Assembly: GCA_964270895.1 (NCBI GenBank)
Contig: OZ185439.1
DNA length: 64,000 bases
From: Podarcis filfolensis
Taxonomy: Eukaryota
Direction: 5' to 3' (one strand)
Both the position numbers and the translations under genes were made by a program. The notes beneath the pieces are model-generated. The model was not told the DNA's origin. It saw only the letters and a list, made by a program, of their open reading frames with translations, and made no database searches. Positions 1-12,460 of this stretch are shown one piece after another (within the stretch, counting starts at the first letter, position 1; the number at the start of each line of letters is the position of its first letter).

Positions 1-568
1 ATTTATCCTAGTGAACACATTTTTTCATACCAAGCCCCATTGTACTCTGAGTCCCCACTGAACTCTGGAGTACATACTTCTGAGTAGACAGTCTGTAGAC
101 AGGAGTGGACTGTAAGCAATGAAAAATCAAGAGGCTGCACATGTGAATTGGCCCTGTGTAGTAGCTAGCGTGCTACTGTTCTACTGCCCTGTATTGCCAG
201 TGACATTTTTTATTATTATTTCCTGCTCCCAAAAGTTTATTTCATCTTAGAAAATTAAAGTACAATGCAGTGATACATACAGATGATTATTTATATGAGA
301 AATTTTAGCAAAAAAAGTACAAAGATTTCAGATGTGATTGAAATACATAAAAATAATAATTTAAAAAGCAATGTAAAATATAAACATACAATGAAGGGGA
401 ATTATATATATATTTAAAATCTTGTATTTTTCTTCACATGGAATAGGGAACACAAGTTGAAAAAAAACAAATAAAACAGTAAGAAGAAAAACAACCAGCA
501 ACAGGGTGGGTTGGGGGGGGGGGGAGAGAAGACAGTGATGAAATGGCAAAAAAAGAGAGATAATAGTT

Positions 569-704
569 CAGGCATAGGCAAACTCAGCCCTCCATATGTT
601 TTGGGACTACAGCTCCCATCATCCCTGACCACTGGTCCTGTTAGCTAGGGATGATGGGAGTTGTAGTCCCAAAACATCTGGAGGGCTAAGTTTCCCTACA
701 CCTG
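569..704. mobile_element. Palindromic hAT-type MITE (ctacaactcccatcatccct family)
   Basis: CAGG...CCTG termini and internal inverted arms. Flanks taatagtt / tgatagtc match 6 of 8, consistent with a decayed 8-bp TSD. Confidence 0.75.
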
Positions 705-2749
705 TGATAGTCTGTGTTGAGAGTAGTCAACCTGTTGTCTGGCAGATGTTGAGAAAGACACTTCCAATCTGCTCCAGCCAGCATGGCCAAAGTGACGGTG
801 GGAGTCCACAACATCTGGAGAGCACCATGGTGCCTGTCTTCAGTGTTTTCATTTTTAAGTAGGAGGAAGGACCCAGTTCCCAAAACAGTTCAACTAATTT
901 TCCACTCTGAAAGTGCATGAATGCCCCAGTTGTGCTTAAAAAAAAAAATGGAGGTGATACATGCCTAAGTACAATGGAGCCAGGTGGTACACAATGGCTA
1001 CCATTATGCAGAACCTGTGGTGTTATTTTTTTCAGTCCCTAAGGAATGTTCTTCCTTCTGGCAGCTAATCTACATGATCAGAAATCCCATGCAATTATCC
1101 CTTGCTGGACTCTACTACTTTAGATTGCATGGAGAACAGCATTTCCAACTTAGTCCATTTATTGAGGAGCACTTCACATGTTGCCCAATCAGCAAGTAAC
1201 ATAGCTCTGTAGTCTACACCTGGCGCCAATATCGAGTCTCTCTTCAGTGCCAGGTGAATAATTTGCCCTAGCCTTTTCTTTAGTTTTTATGATTTTATGC
1301 TAATTTGTAGTGCAATTTGCTGGGTGATCAAATTCATTGCATTTATTGTATTTTCATTTTTATGCTGTGCACCACTTGGCAAGCCCAGGCTGCAGAGATG
1401 CTAGCAAATATTTCAGTAAATAAAACAAAGAGTGAGAGCAATTCACACCTTCCATACAGGAGAAAGATCAAATAATTGAATGCTCATACGTGAAATATTT
1501 CTTGCAAATACAAAATCAGCATGTTTGAGAGATACTTGTAGCCTGTCCTTCTCCCTTGCATACTAGCTTTAAATATGCAGACAGTTTTTTTGTTCAAAAA
1601 GAGGGATCATTCAAACATTTAACACACACAGTTTGAAGTGATACTGTCCATCATTGGATACATTACATGGGACTGTCACTTGTGAAGCTTGGCTCTAAGA
1701 CAGCAGGAGTTTTTAGGATGCAAATGTTTTGAGGTAGGTTAGAATACACCCATCATTAACAGATATGGTATTATTCAAGCTAAATACACTGAAAGGGGGA
1801 GGTTTTGTTTTTTTAGTTGATACATCAAACATTATATACCACTTACTAGAACAAAAGAGCTCTAGGCAGTTTAAAATATTCATGATAAATACCAATAAAA
1901 TTGTATTTATGATGGTTGTGGCATTAGAGATCACAATAAGGCATAAAACATGTAAACCTGGTTAGGCTTGTAAAAAGAAAAAGGTAAAAAAAAAATGGTT
2001 GACACTCCTAGTGTGCCAGAGGCAAACCTGTAGGAACAGGTCATCTCTAGTTCAAAAGCTTTGCACACTAGAGCCTTGTGCACTGATTTCAAAAAATTAT
2101 TGGTTCGCAGGGAGATGAGTGAAGGCACTGACAATAACAAAATGCCACTATTTTAGCTCCTGCAGTGCTAATCTCACTATTGGCCCTTTGAAAGCCGCTA
2201 AGAGGCAAAATACATTCTAGTAGAATGTTTTTCACATGGTCTGATAAGGAGCAGTTAGGCAAACACAAGTTGCTTTCAGCTGCTAATAGTAGCGGACCTA
2301 ACAGGCAGCTGTTTTCGCTACACAGCAAAATGAAGGTTAGGGAGTGGGGAAAGATACTTAGCAAAGCTGAATTCAGTACAGTATTTAAAGGTGGCCTTGT
2401 TGAAAGTCCCTTTTCCACACAACTGATAAAGGTACTGGGAACCTGTCCTCCTTTACATCTTACCTTCCCAATATGATTACATAAAAACCCTGTTTTAACT
2501 GATGGCCGCAACAGATTGCAAAATAGGATTTATTGATGGCTTGAAATGTGCCCGAGGGCCTCTCTCGTTGATAGCAATTTCTGGGACTCCCTAGGAACTG
2601 CTATAAAATTATGATGTAAATTAGATTATTAATTAGGACAGGTTTAGATGGTTCAGTGTGCATTATTTTTTATCGTTATCAGGCGAAAACTCAATAACAA
2701 ACTGATAGTAGGGAGCTGTAAGGTATCTGGGAACTTCATAAATGTTCAC

Positions 2750-2873
2750 CAATACTATTTTTCTAGAAAAAGATGTACCGGAACTCACCATGAACGCCTC
2801 CCTTGTTCTCTTACAATGGCAATGACGCCCACCTGAGAGGTGCCGGAACTGAGTTCCAGCTGAAAAAGCCCTG
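2750..2873. mobile_element. Short non-autonomous DNA element (probable hAT MITE), similar to 16004-16131
   Basis: Near-identical ~125-bp core (tctagaaaaagatgt..ggaactcaccatgaac..cacctgagaggtgcc..gctgaaaa) occurs twice in the window. Confidence 0.65.
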
Positions 2874-5800
2874 GTAAGCACCATCCATATTCTCACAGCA
2901 TGGAACAATTACCTAAATAATGGGGAACCTGTCACTCTCCAGGTATTGTTGAACTACAACTCCCATCATCTCTGATCGTGAGCCATGTTACCTGGTAATG
3001 ACAGAAGTGGTAATCCAGCAAAATCCAGAAGGTCACACATTCCCCATCTCAGACCTAAAAGTATAGCCAAGGCAGTGAATAGCTTGCAAGTCATGCCATA
3101 ATCAGCATGAAAGTGGCTTCCTCTGCCTAGATACTACCTAAGAGAGGAGTTGTCTGTTTCTATGATCTACCCGAAGTTATTAATCCATTTTTCATTTCTT
3201 AAAGTATCGCCTCCTACTGAACTTAGGTTAAAAATATACTCCCCAGGAGGAAATTCCCCCGAAATGTTTCAATCAAATCTTCCACGGTTGGTTTGCCTTA
3301 AAATCCTGGCTGAAAGATCCCTGCAGTGCTTGCAGGGCATAGTTGACTGAAATTCTGCACTGCTACAGTGGCCGGTGAGCATGGGCTATGCAAAGTGCCT
3401 ACTTGCTGGCAAAGCAGATCTTAGGAATGGGTCGTTAGCATTTTGCAATGTTAGAGAGCATTTAGCAAGCAATAACTAGGCTCTGGCAATTCCAAGAGAC
3501 AATCCTATTAGCAAAACTGCAGATTCCAAAGCATTAGTGAAGCTGGACACAATCAGAAGCCCATTGGAATTCTGTGCAAGAAGCAGACAAAGACAGCATC
3601 CCAACAATGAAAAACAGCAAAGAATGGCAAAAAAAGCCCCCTTCCCAAATGAATAGAGAGTTAGAATGCCTTGATATAAAAAGAAGCTGACCTCTATTTA
3701 ACCATTCGTTTTTGTATTTGGCTACAACTTTGGGGCATAGTTTTTATTACCTGTGCTTGGGGAAATAATATGACCGCTGTGATGCATTGTAAGAACTTTG
3801 TATAGGTAGGACTTTTCATGATATTATTTTTCATAGTGCCACTCTTTGATATTACGGCTGAAAGGAAGTGCCTCTCAAAATCCCTTTGCATATTACAAAA
3901 ATAGTAGAGCTACTCCAGGTATATCTTGTAAAATAAAAACCACTTCTGAGGACTAGTGCTGGATGGTATCTGGTTTTCAACATTGTGATATATCACAATG
4001 CTCAAACACTGAAAACATCTGAAAAAGTGGCTGGGCTGGGGAGGGAGGGAGAAGCGACCAGGAGGAAGGGAAGGAAGCTACCTGCTTGCTCAGTCGAAGG
4101 AGTTTCTAGTGACTTGCTCCCTCCACAGCCCAGTCCCGGCCTCAGAAGAGGGAGCCTGAGAAGGTTTTTTCTCATCTGCCTGCCTGCAAGCAGGGTGGGC
4201 TGCCTCATTCTTCCTGTGACTGACCGGGAGGAAAGAGGCAGCCCACCTAACTTGCTTGGGCAAAGGCAAACATGCAGACAGGCAGATGGGCAAGCTGGCA
4301 ATACATTGCGACTCCCTGACTGCCGCCAGCACAGCACAGGCAGGAGTGAAATGCACTGTGATGGGCCACGTGTGTATTGCCAGCTCAAAATGTCTGAAAC
4401 AGGTTTCAGACAATGAATTGAAATACATGTGCATCCACATGTAGACATACTTTTTAAAAAAGTTGTGCATTGTTTACACATGGTATGGCAGCTTTCTCCA
4501 GTCTTAGGTTTTCAGATGTTCTTGGACTATCCCCATTATCCTTGACTATTCTGGCTGTGGACAATGGAGGTTATATTCCAGCAGCTTCGGAGGAAGGCTG
4601 TTGTGTGAAATACACTTTGGGCAAACCTTTCAGAAAAATGTACCTGGCAGTTTGGCAAGGTGTAAAGTAGGCCCTATTTGAATGAACTAAATCAGCAATT
4701 CCATTTTGCACCAAGAACCTGCCATGTTCGAAGTGGTGAGAAATGCAGGGTAGAAAGCATGCATTTTAATTGGTCATCCATCCACTGATTATAAAAAATA
4801 TTTTGCATTTCAACCAATAACGGATTCAATTTATACAAGTGTGCATGTATCACCAACAGCTAATTTATTATAGGTGCCATTTTGAGATAGTGAAGTGAGT
4901 GAACCTTAGAAAGAAAGACAATCCTTAATACATTTCTCTCTTTCTCTCTCTTTCAAGTGGCATTCTAGAACAAAAGGTCTAAACGTTTAACTTATAAATG
5001 TATCAATTAAACATTGTTCTCATTAACCCCAGCTGCCTCCCTACCACCACCACACCATCAACTAACATCCTAATCCTGTCAAAGTTTTCTCAGAAATGGT
5101 TCCTACTTTCTTCAATGGATTTACTTGCCCAAATATAGGGAAAGTAGATTTGATGCAGGAAATCCATGACCCATTTTTTTAAAAGTTAATAGAACAAGGG
5201 CTATGATTCTGGGGGACAGAACAACTTAATCTCTCCCCTACTTCTAATTCTCTTGTCCTGATTAACACTGCACTGTAGGTTTCTCCCTACAGGACAAACA
5301 GCAGCCACAGGGGGAAATTTCAGTCAGGAAAATGCTGTGGGAGAGAAATGTTACTGCCACACTTTCCACAGCTCTGTATGAGGCCTTGTCCCACTGCGTT
5401 CACATTTTAAAAAAACCTCTGGGACACAGTTGGTTCATATATTTCTTCCACATCATGTCTAGTTGTACCCTGAAAGTTGGGCAGCACTGACAGGGCAAAT
5501 TAGAATTTATTTCATGAGTCAGTTTCACAAGGGTTTATTCAGAGGTTATGTCCCACCTCTTCATTAATTTGCAGAGGGTTTTTTCTAAATAATAATAATA
5601 ATAATGCATGAAAACTTGTATTTGAATGGTATTTTTGAATCTATTTTCTTACTAAATTTTTTTTATTACTTCATAGTATGCATTTCTATAGGCTTTTTTA
5701 AAATCCCAAAGCACACTATATATATAATACACATTTGGGTGTGTCTTTAAAACTTAGAACTGCACCACAATTTTGGAGAAGTGAAAAATTCAAAAAAAAC

Positions 5801-5909
5801 CCTACATTATTTCTAAGAGGCTACTTTGAATCGGGATCCACAAAGAGCAAATTCCTCAAACATCCCTACTGCCATGAACATGCAGAAGACTCAACTTTAA
5901 AGTGTTCAG

Positions 5910-6322
5910 TGTGAGGAGAACCTGAGCTTACAGGGTTAAACAGCTCAGTGTGTACGCCCTGCCTACAAATTGGGAGGAGGGGGGAGACACGTCATATCCG
6001 AGAGTCTCCAGCCTTTGTTCTTTCTCTCTACTTTCGCTTTTGAGGAGAGAGGACGTGTTTTCACGATGCTGTTCGCTGTGATAGACAATGGATAGTCTGC
6101 TGTAAATAAAAACTGCTTCTAGCTGCTAAGATCCTGAGTGGATTTTATTTAAGCACACTGAAGAACGCATTGGAGCTTGCAGCTTTCTCTGGCCGCTGTG
6201 CTTATCTCTGCGTTTGCTCAGAGCCTTTTGGAATGTGGCCTTTGAAGTTCGGAGGCCCAGCAGAACTGCACAACCAAAGCGGGCTGGACGCCAAGGCTTA
6301 TCTGAGCAATAAACATTCTTCA
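5910..6322 (+). mobile_element. Solo LTR, 413 bp
   Basis: Begins TG and ends CA, flanked by a 5-bp direct repeat TTCAG (5905-5909, 6323-6327). AATAAA lies at 6308-6313. Orientation is inferred from the polyA signal. Confidence 0.65.
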
Positions 6323-8465
6323 TTCAGTTCAATTTAGTTTTAGTTCACTCACTATTAACTGAACGAACTAAAAGTTTCAGCCCTCACACTAATAATGTGT
6401 ATTTGCCCATAGATGGATTTCTCCACACATCATCTCTTCGTGAATAAGAAATGGATTCATGATACTCTTGGCTACGTGAGCAAATTAAGTAAGTTATTTT
6501 TTGACCAAAAAAAAGTTCCCTTTGAAAAGAATGCACAGTGGACTTACTTACAAAATGATTTCTCTGACTTGGATGTGAAGCATGGTAGCTGAAGACTTGG
6601 AGGACAAATTGAATGAACAAGTAGGAAATCCAGACAAGTGGAATGTTAATGACAAGTAGCATTATAGAATATAAGCCTTCCCATCAGTTTGTATGTGGTA
6701 GGCATGTCAATTAGTGCAACACTCTGGCTATTCAGAAATAAAAATTAAAAGTGATAGGCCCTGTGTTCTTCCCCAGTCGGGGTGTGGCTGCTGTCATAAC
6801 CCTCTGGTACAAAGCATCTGTTCAAGATGAAAAGAAGGTTAAAGTGCCTTAATGTCTCAAAGCCCAACAGAGAGGTGAGGTTGTTAAAGATTGAAACAGA
6901 TGCAAACAGATGCTGTCTCTTTGCACGATATGGCTATGACAGGTTGATTATTATTGCTTTGAAATATTTGCAAGAAAAACCTTTGATAACAGGCAATTTC
7001 ATATTCTGACTATAAGAGATACTTAACTAAAAGCCGCTCATTTAGCTCTGAAGAGTATTATTTTTAGAAAGAGACAAGAAGGGGGTGTGTGGACACATCA
7101 ACCAGTGATGGGGCCTGAATGATTTATTGTGTTATTAATGAGTGGAATAAAGATTCATTCATCTGTTCACACAAAGGAAAACAGCATTACATATTTCTCT
7201 AAAAGCGCTTGCCTTAGTTATGCACTGCTCCCACACTTTCTTTGTAAAGGGATATTTTCCTCCACAAAGAAAACTGAGTTACATAAGCGCACATGGGAAC
7301 ATATTGAAGTTCCTTGCTGCCGTATTTTGACATCATCCTCTGCAATCCCTCTCTGACTGCTTTATCAGCTTACAGCAACTAACTACCACAGAGACTTCAC
7401 ATCTTAGAATGAAATAATCTCTCCATGGTGGCAGAAGACACCTGGGAAGGGCCTTACTCAAGTCCCCATTTCACAAACAACCAGTTCAGTGCTTTCATAT
7501 GCACCCTCCCCCCCCAAAAAAAAACAAACATTCACCAAGCTGAACACAGACCCTACTAGAAGCTCAATAAACCTCATGCTCTTGTGGTTTACCTAGGACT
7601 GCAAAAAAATGGGACAGGAAGGGTTGTTTAGCTCATGTGAGATCACAATACACAACTATATTTGAGCTGTCACCAGCTTGGTGAATCATGAGTTGCGTAT
7701 TACCAAGTTTAAAAATTTAAAGTTAAACTATTAAATGGTTTGAAGTCACTACATTCCACCTGACCTATCTAGCTTGTTACTTAAGATTCATGTCACCTGG
7801 TGACTGCATTATTGCTTCTATTGCTTTAACCAAAAGATCAGATGAGGGCCCCAAGTGAGGAGGTAAATAGCCTTACACTTGCTCTCAATCTTCCCATATT
7901 CCAGGTCGAGTATTTTAACACCAAACCAGAAGGGGTCCTTGGGGTCGAGGAGGAGGTGACATGTGGTGCAGGCTTGGCCAGCAGGTAAACATGGGATTTT
8001 TGTTGTTGTTGCAAGAATCAGGAGGTGTTGAATCTGTGTATTTAAGGCAGCCCTAAACATCCTTGTCTGTCAGTTTTAACAGAGGGGGCCAAAGGCATGG
8101 TGCCTGAGCTACTCTCTTACCCCTAAAGATGGTCTCTCCATGGCAAGGTTGAGGCACAATGGTGGGGCAATGTGGGAATGTTTGCAGTGCTGCTGCTGCC
8201 CAGGCTGTATCTGCTCTATAAATAAATACAGGACTTTAGTTGCCAGAGCTGACATTTTGGTACCTTCCATAAAACACAAACATTAGGGATTTTTTATAAA
8301 AAAAAAAATATCGAAAAGGGATATAACTTTTTAAAAAGAAAGAAACCTGTGCTTAAATGTAATTATCTGCAATTGTAATCCAGTGAACTGGATTTCCACA
8401 GCTTCAGTTTGATGTAAGTTTTACATTCTCTACACTTAATTGTGATAAGAATAAAAGTTATGGAC

Positions 8466-8706
8466 CTCTTTGGGTGTCTCTTGATGACAACGGTTGCTGC
8501 TCCACCACAACTCCAGGGCTGCCACCAAACAGGCCAGGAGCAGGCCCACTGCCAAAATGCAGAAGACCCCTGCAAAACTGTGAAGCTTCAGGGCCTTCCC
8601 ATCCGTCTGTGCGTTGGTGTGGCTGTTCAGATCACAGCGTCCCATTCGTGGCCACCATTTCTCTTTGAACACATCCAAGTATCCAGCTTCTTGTAGTTCT
8701 AAGATC
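8466..8706 (-). CDS. GRID1: GluD1 coding exon (equivalent to exon 15): end of S2, M4, start of C-tail; [80 protein letters not shown]
   Basis: Acceptor ctgcag|GATCTTA and donor AAAGAG|gtccat; 241 bp; in frame with the preceding exon. Confidence 0.96.
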
Positions 8707-10450
8707 CTGCAGAGATCATTTTAGGGAAAACCACAAGCATTATATTTCGACAAGGGAAGCTTGCACAGAGGAAATCTGCAACTGGAAGAATATAAACTTG
8801 ACAATCGGCAAGGTTTGTGCTACCAAAAAAATGTATGCCCAATTGCACAATGAATGAGATGTGAACACTGTGAAATTTTGCAGGAATCAATATAACAACA
8901 CACTCAGAAAGTTGTGAATAAGGAAGGGCCTCTCAACATATTGGGTTGGATCCACCGATGGACTTGTGGGGTGGAAATGGCGCTACCGTTGCTGTTCAGC
9001 AAACTGTGGCACAAGTCTTTCATCAGCATTATCTTGGTGCCATGCATAATGGTCAAAAATAATGTTGAGAACGTTACTTAGTACAAATGAAGCCTCACCT
9101 GTGAGTTCAGAAGCGTCTCCCTGTTGAAAAGCAACCCCCAGCTGTGACCAGTTAGAGGAAGCAAGCACTGTCAAGCTGTGCTTTTGAAGCACACAAACAC
9201 TGTGCTTGTGGGTAGGAGTGCAATAGGTCTCCAACTACAGGGGAAGTCCTAATGGCCTTTGTACAAACCATTATAGGCAGCGATGGCCACTCCCTTACTC
9301 AAGAAAACAGCCCATGAAGAAAGGCTTGACTAAGAGACCTTAGGATACTAAATCTGATAGCCAGAAGAGGTACAGCAGAGAACCCCCTATCATTTCCATT
9401 GGTTTATTAAATTGACCTTGTTATAGTTCTAGGTCCCAAGATCTCCAAATCATACACTGAACTGGATAGATTAACAATGCTTGCCAAATTCCTGTCCAGC
9501 CAGATTTTCACACTGGAGTGGTGAGATGTGGACACAGAAAACAATGGACACTGGCAGAATTGGGATGGGAAGCAGCCTTGACCCCCAAACAAAAGCCAAC
9601 AGGTAACTGTAGAGCTAGGCATGGTTTCCTGCAATCAGCTTCTGTGGTACTGCATATCAGCACAGCAAGACTTAAGAGAGCATTACCTTAAATATTCATA
9701 GCCCCATTTTGTTTGACAACTGGCAGGCATGAAAACCCCTGAATTAGGCACCACAGGGAAAAACTGAAAACTTTGTGCAGATGCTCTGATGATTAAATCT
9801 CCAGGAGTGCTTCTGTTTAAGGATCATACCAGTCGTTGACAACAGCTTTGTACTCCTCCAAAGAGATTGTGGGAAACAGAAATTCAAGTGTGGTGGTGGG
9901 GAATTTATTTTCCATTGAAGCACTGCCAATCCTAAACTAGCAGATAGTTGAAGATGTCAAACAGCCCTGCCTGAGATCCTGGCGATCCACAGATAATCAA
10001 GACTAGGCTGCTCTGACTCACGCAGGCTTGGTCAAGTACACATTTTGTACAAGATGTACAAAATCTGCCCCAGCTACAATAAAATATGTCTCTACCATAT
10101 TGGTCTCTACAGCCACAACAGGCACTGTAACTCTCCAGTTATTTGACTTTACCTTCAATGGCACACTTGAGACAGATGGATGCCAACAGACAAAAGCTCT
10201 GACTGACCTGGATAGCCCCCAAAACTGCCGTGGTATAAGTCAAGTGCTACTTGATTATAGTTTAGGGAGATCCATCTTGAACCTGATCTTATCATGATGA
10301 GAGTGAATATAAGAGCATTATATATAGGACAGAAGAGTGGAAGCATTTCTGCAGAGTGAAAACTGTAACATATGCCATCTGCTTCCTTTCCTGCTTCTGG
10401 AAACATCCCCATGTGCCCGTGATGCAATCCCACACTTCCAGGATAAATTA

Positions 10451-10853
10451 CCGTATTTTTCGCCCTATAGGACGCACCGGCCCATAGGACGCACCTAGTT
10501 TTTTTTGGGGGGGGGGATAAAGGGGAAAAAAATTACCCCCCCCCCCCAGCCGCAGGAACTCCCTAGGCTGCGGAGATCTGCCCGAAGCGTGGGGCGCTCT
10601 GCTTCAGGGTGCCCCACGCTCCGGGCAAGCAGGCTGCTATCCGCAGTCTAGGGAGCCCTGCGGGAACTCCCGCGGGCTCCCCAGGCTTACGGATAGCTTC
10701 CTGAAGCCTGCAGAGAGAGAGGGGTCAGTGCGCACCGACCCCTCTCGCTTTCCAAGCTTCAGCGAAAGCCTGCATTTGCCCCATAGGACGCACACACATT
10801 TCCCCTTCATTTTTGGAGGGGAAAAAGTGCGTCTTATAGGGCGAAAAATACGG
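10451..10853. mobile_element. Tc1/mariner-superfamily (Tc2-like) MITE
   Basis: TIRs CCGTATTTTTCGCCCTATAGGACGCAC / GTGCGTCTTATAGGGCGAAAAATACGG; TA on both sides; GC-rich interior. Confidence 0.85.
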
Positions 10854-11717
10854 TATATAAGCTAGTGCTGCTCAGCAAGGTAACCACCTGTTCCGCTTTC
10901 CTTTTTTCCACCTAAATTGTCAGTTCAGACTTTCAGGAATGCTCATGTTTTGTTTCCAAAGTAAGACACACTAAGCCAAATGCAATCACTATTGCACATA
11001 TTGATTATGAAGGTGACATGTTGTTCAGGACTTGCCCTAATGAAATGGTAATTCTGGTTCTCTGTTAGCTTATTTTGGAGGCGATCTCACAGAATGTCAA
11101 AAAATTATTCTTTCTGCTAGTAGAAGAAGCCTCCTTTTGCAGAAGGCTAAAATCTGGATCCAACCCATTATGCTTTTAAAATATACATCTGGTATTTTAA
11201 AGAGCAGAGCAAGAAGCATGAATTATGAATGTGGCAAAAAGGTGCTCGGAAACTTATTATCATACAGGTATACTCATTAGAGAGACAGGGTTGACTGCAG
11301 CTTCCTGTTGAGCAGCAAACCTGGGTTTGTTGCTGTGAAAAAGGTAAAGTGGCTCTTAGGAGCAACTCTCATTTGCCTACCTTTGAGCATAGAAATTTAA
11401 TACACCACACATTTCTCACTGATTATTCCCCACTTGACAGTTTTCATTAATTTGTAGCCATGATTTTCTACTCTCACACAGTTCTTCGCCTGTGAACTAG
11501 TTCTAATTTAGAAAGGGCTGGACTGCCCCTCATACTCACCTGAATTGAGAACCAGATGGGCCATGCTGCGACCCTGAAGAAGCAACAGAACTAAAATGCA
11601 TTGCTACAAGCGATATTCACCCAGAAGCAGCTGATTAGCCAAGGCTCTAAATGCCAGCAAATGGGATACTCGGCTTGATTTCGGGGAAGGGGTTCAAGCC
11701 CGAGCACTTTTGTATTA

Positions 11718-11909
<192 letters not shown>

Positions 11910-11984
11910 TCAGACACATCTTTAACTTGGATAGAATGTTATTATTCTCTTTCAAAAGCTATCAGTTTTTGAACAGAGAATTCT

Positions 11985-12460
11985 TTTTTGCTCATTTTAA
12001 TATAATTTCTTTATTTTCTGTTTTACAATTTAGAGTACTCATTTAAACATCCTTAAAATACCAGTGACTTCCCTTCTTCTCTTTCCTTGGTTCATTTTAC
12101 ATATCATAAATCCCTGCATATTTTACAAAAACTAAACCATTCAGTATTCCATTATTACATCCATCAAAACTTATTTACACTGTTGAATTTATATTACTGC
12201 TGCCAACATTTTCAAGTGTACACAATTTCCCCCCATATATTCAATAAACACTTTCTGTTTTTCTCCAAATGTATGTTCTTCTTGTTCTCTTATCCTATAT
12301 GTTAAGTCTGCAAGTTGTGCATATTCTGTCAGCTTAAGTTGTCATTCTTCTTTAGTTGGGACCTTGTTCGTTTTCCATTTTTGAGCTTACGAAACACGGG
12401 CCACAGTAGTGGCATACATACATTTTAAGAATGCTTTAAAATCACCAAATACATTTTGCC
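11985..12460 (-). mobile_element. Degenerate L1-clade LINE 3' fragment (ORF2 C-terminus plus 3' UTR)
   Basis: Minus-strand translation with stops: MYATT..AQKWKTNKVPTKEE*QLKLTEYAQLADLTYRIREQE, similar to the element at 16530-17400. Minus-strand AATAAA at 12010-12015. Confidence 0.7.

Noticed and set aside
3985-4481. Overlapping 126-159 aa ORFs on both strands
   Set aside because: GC-rich, low in stop codons and without domain resemblance; probably the interior of a degenerate repeat.
1-8465. Terminal GRID1 exon (DKEVNLEQ...HGTSI)
   Set aside because: No matching frame was seen in the ORF track or by manual scanning. It presumably lies beyond the left edge of the window.
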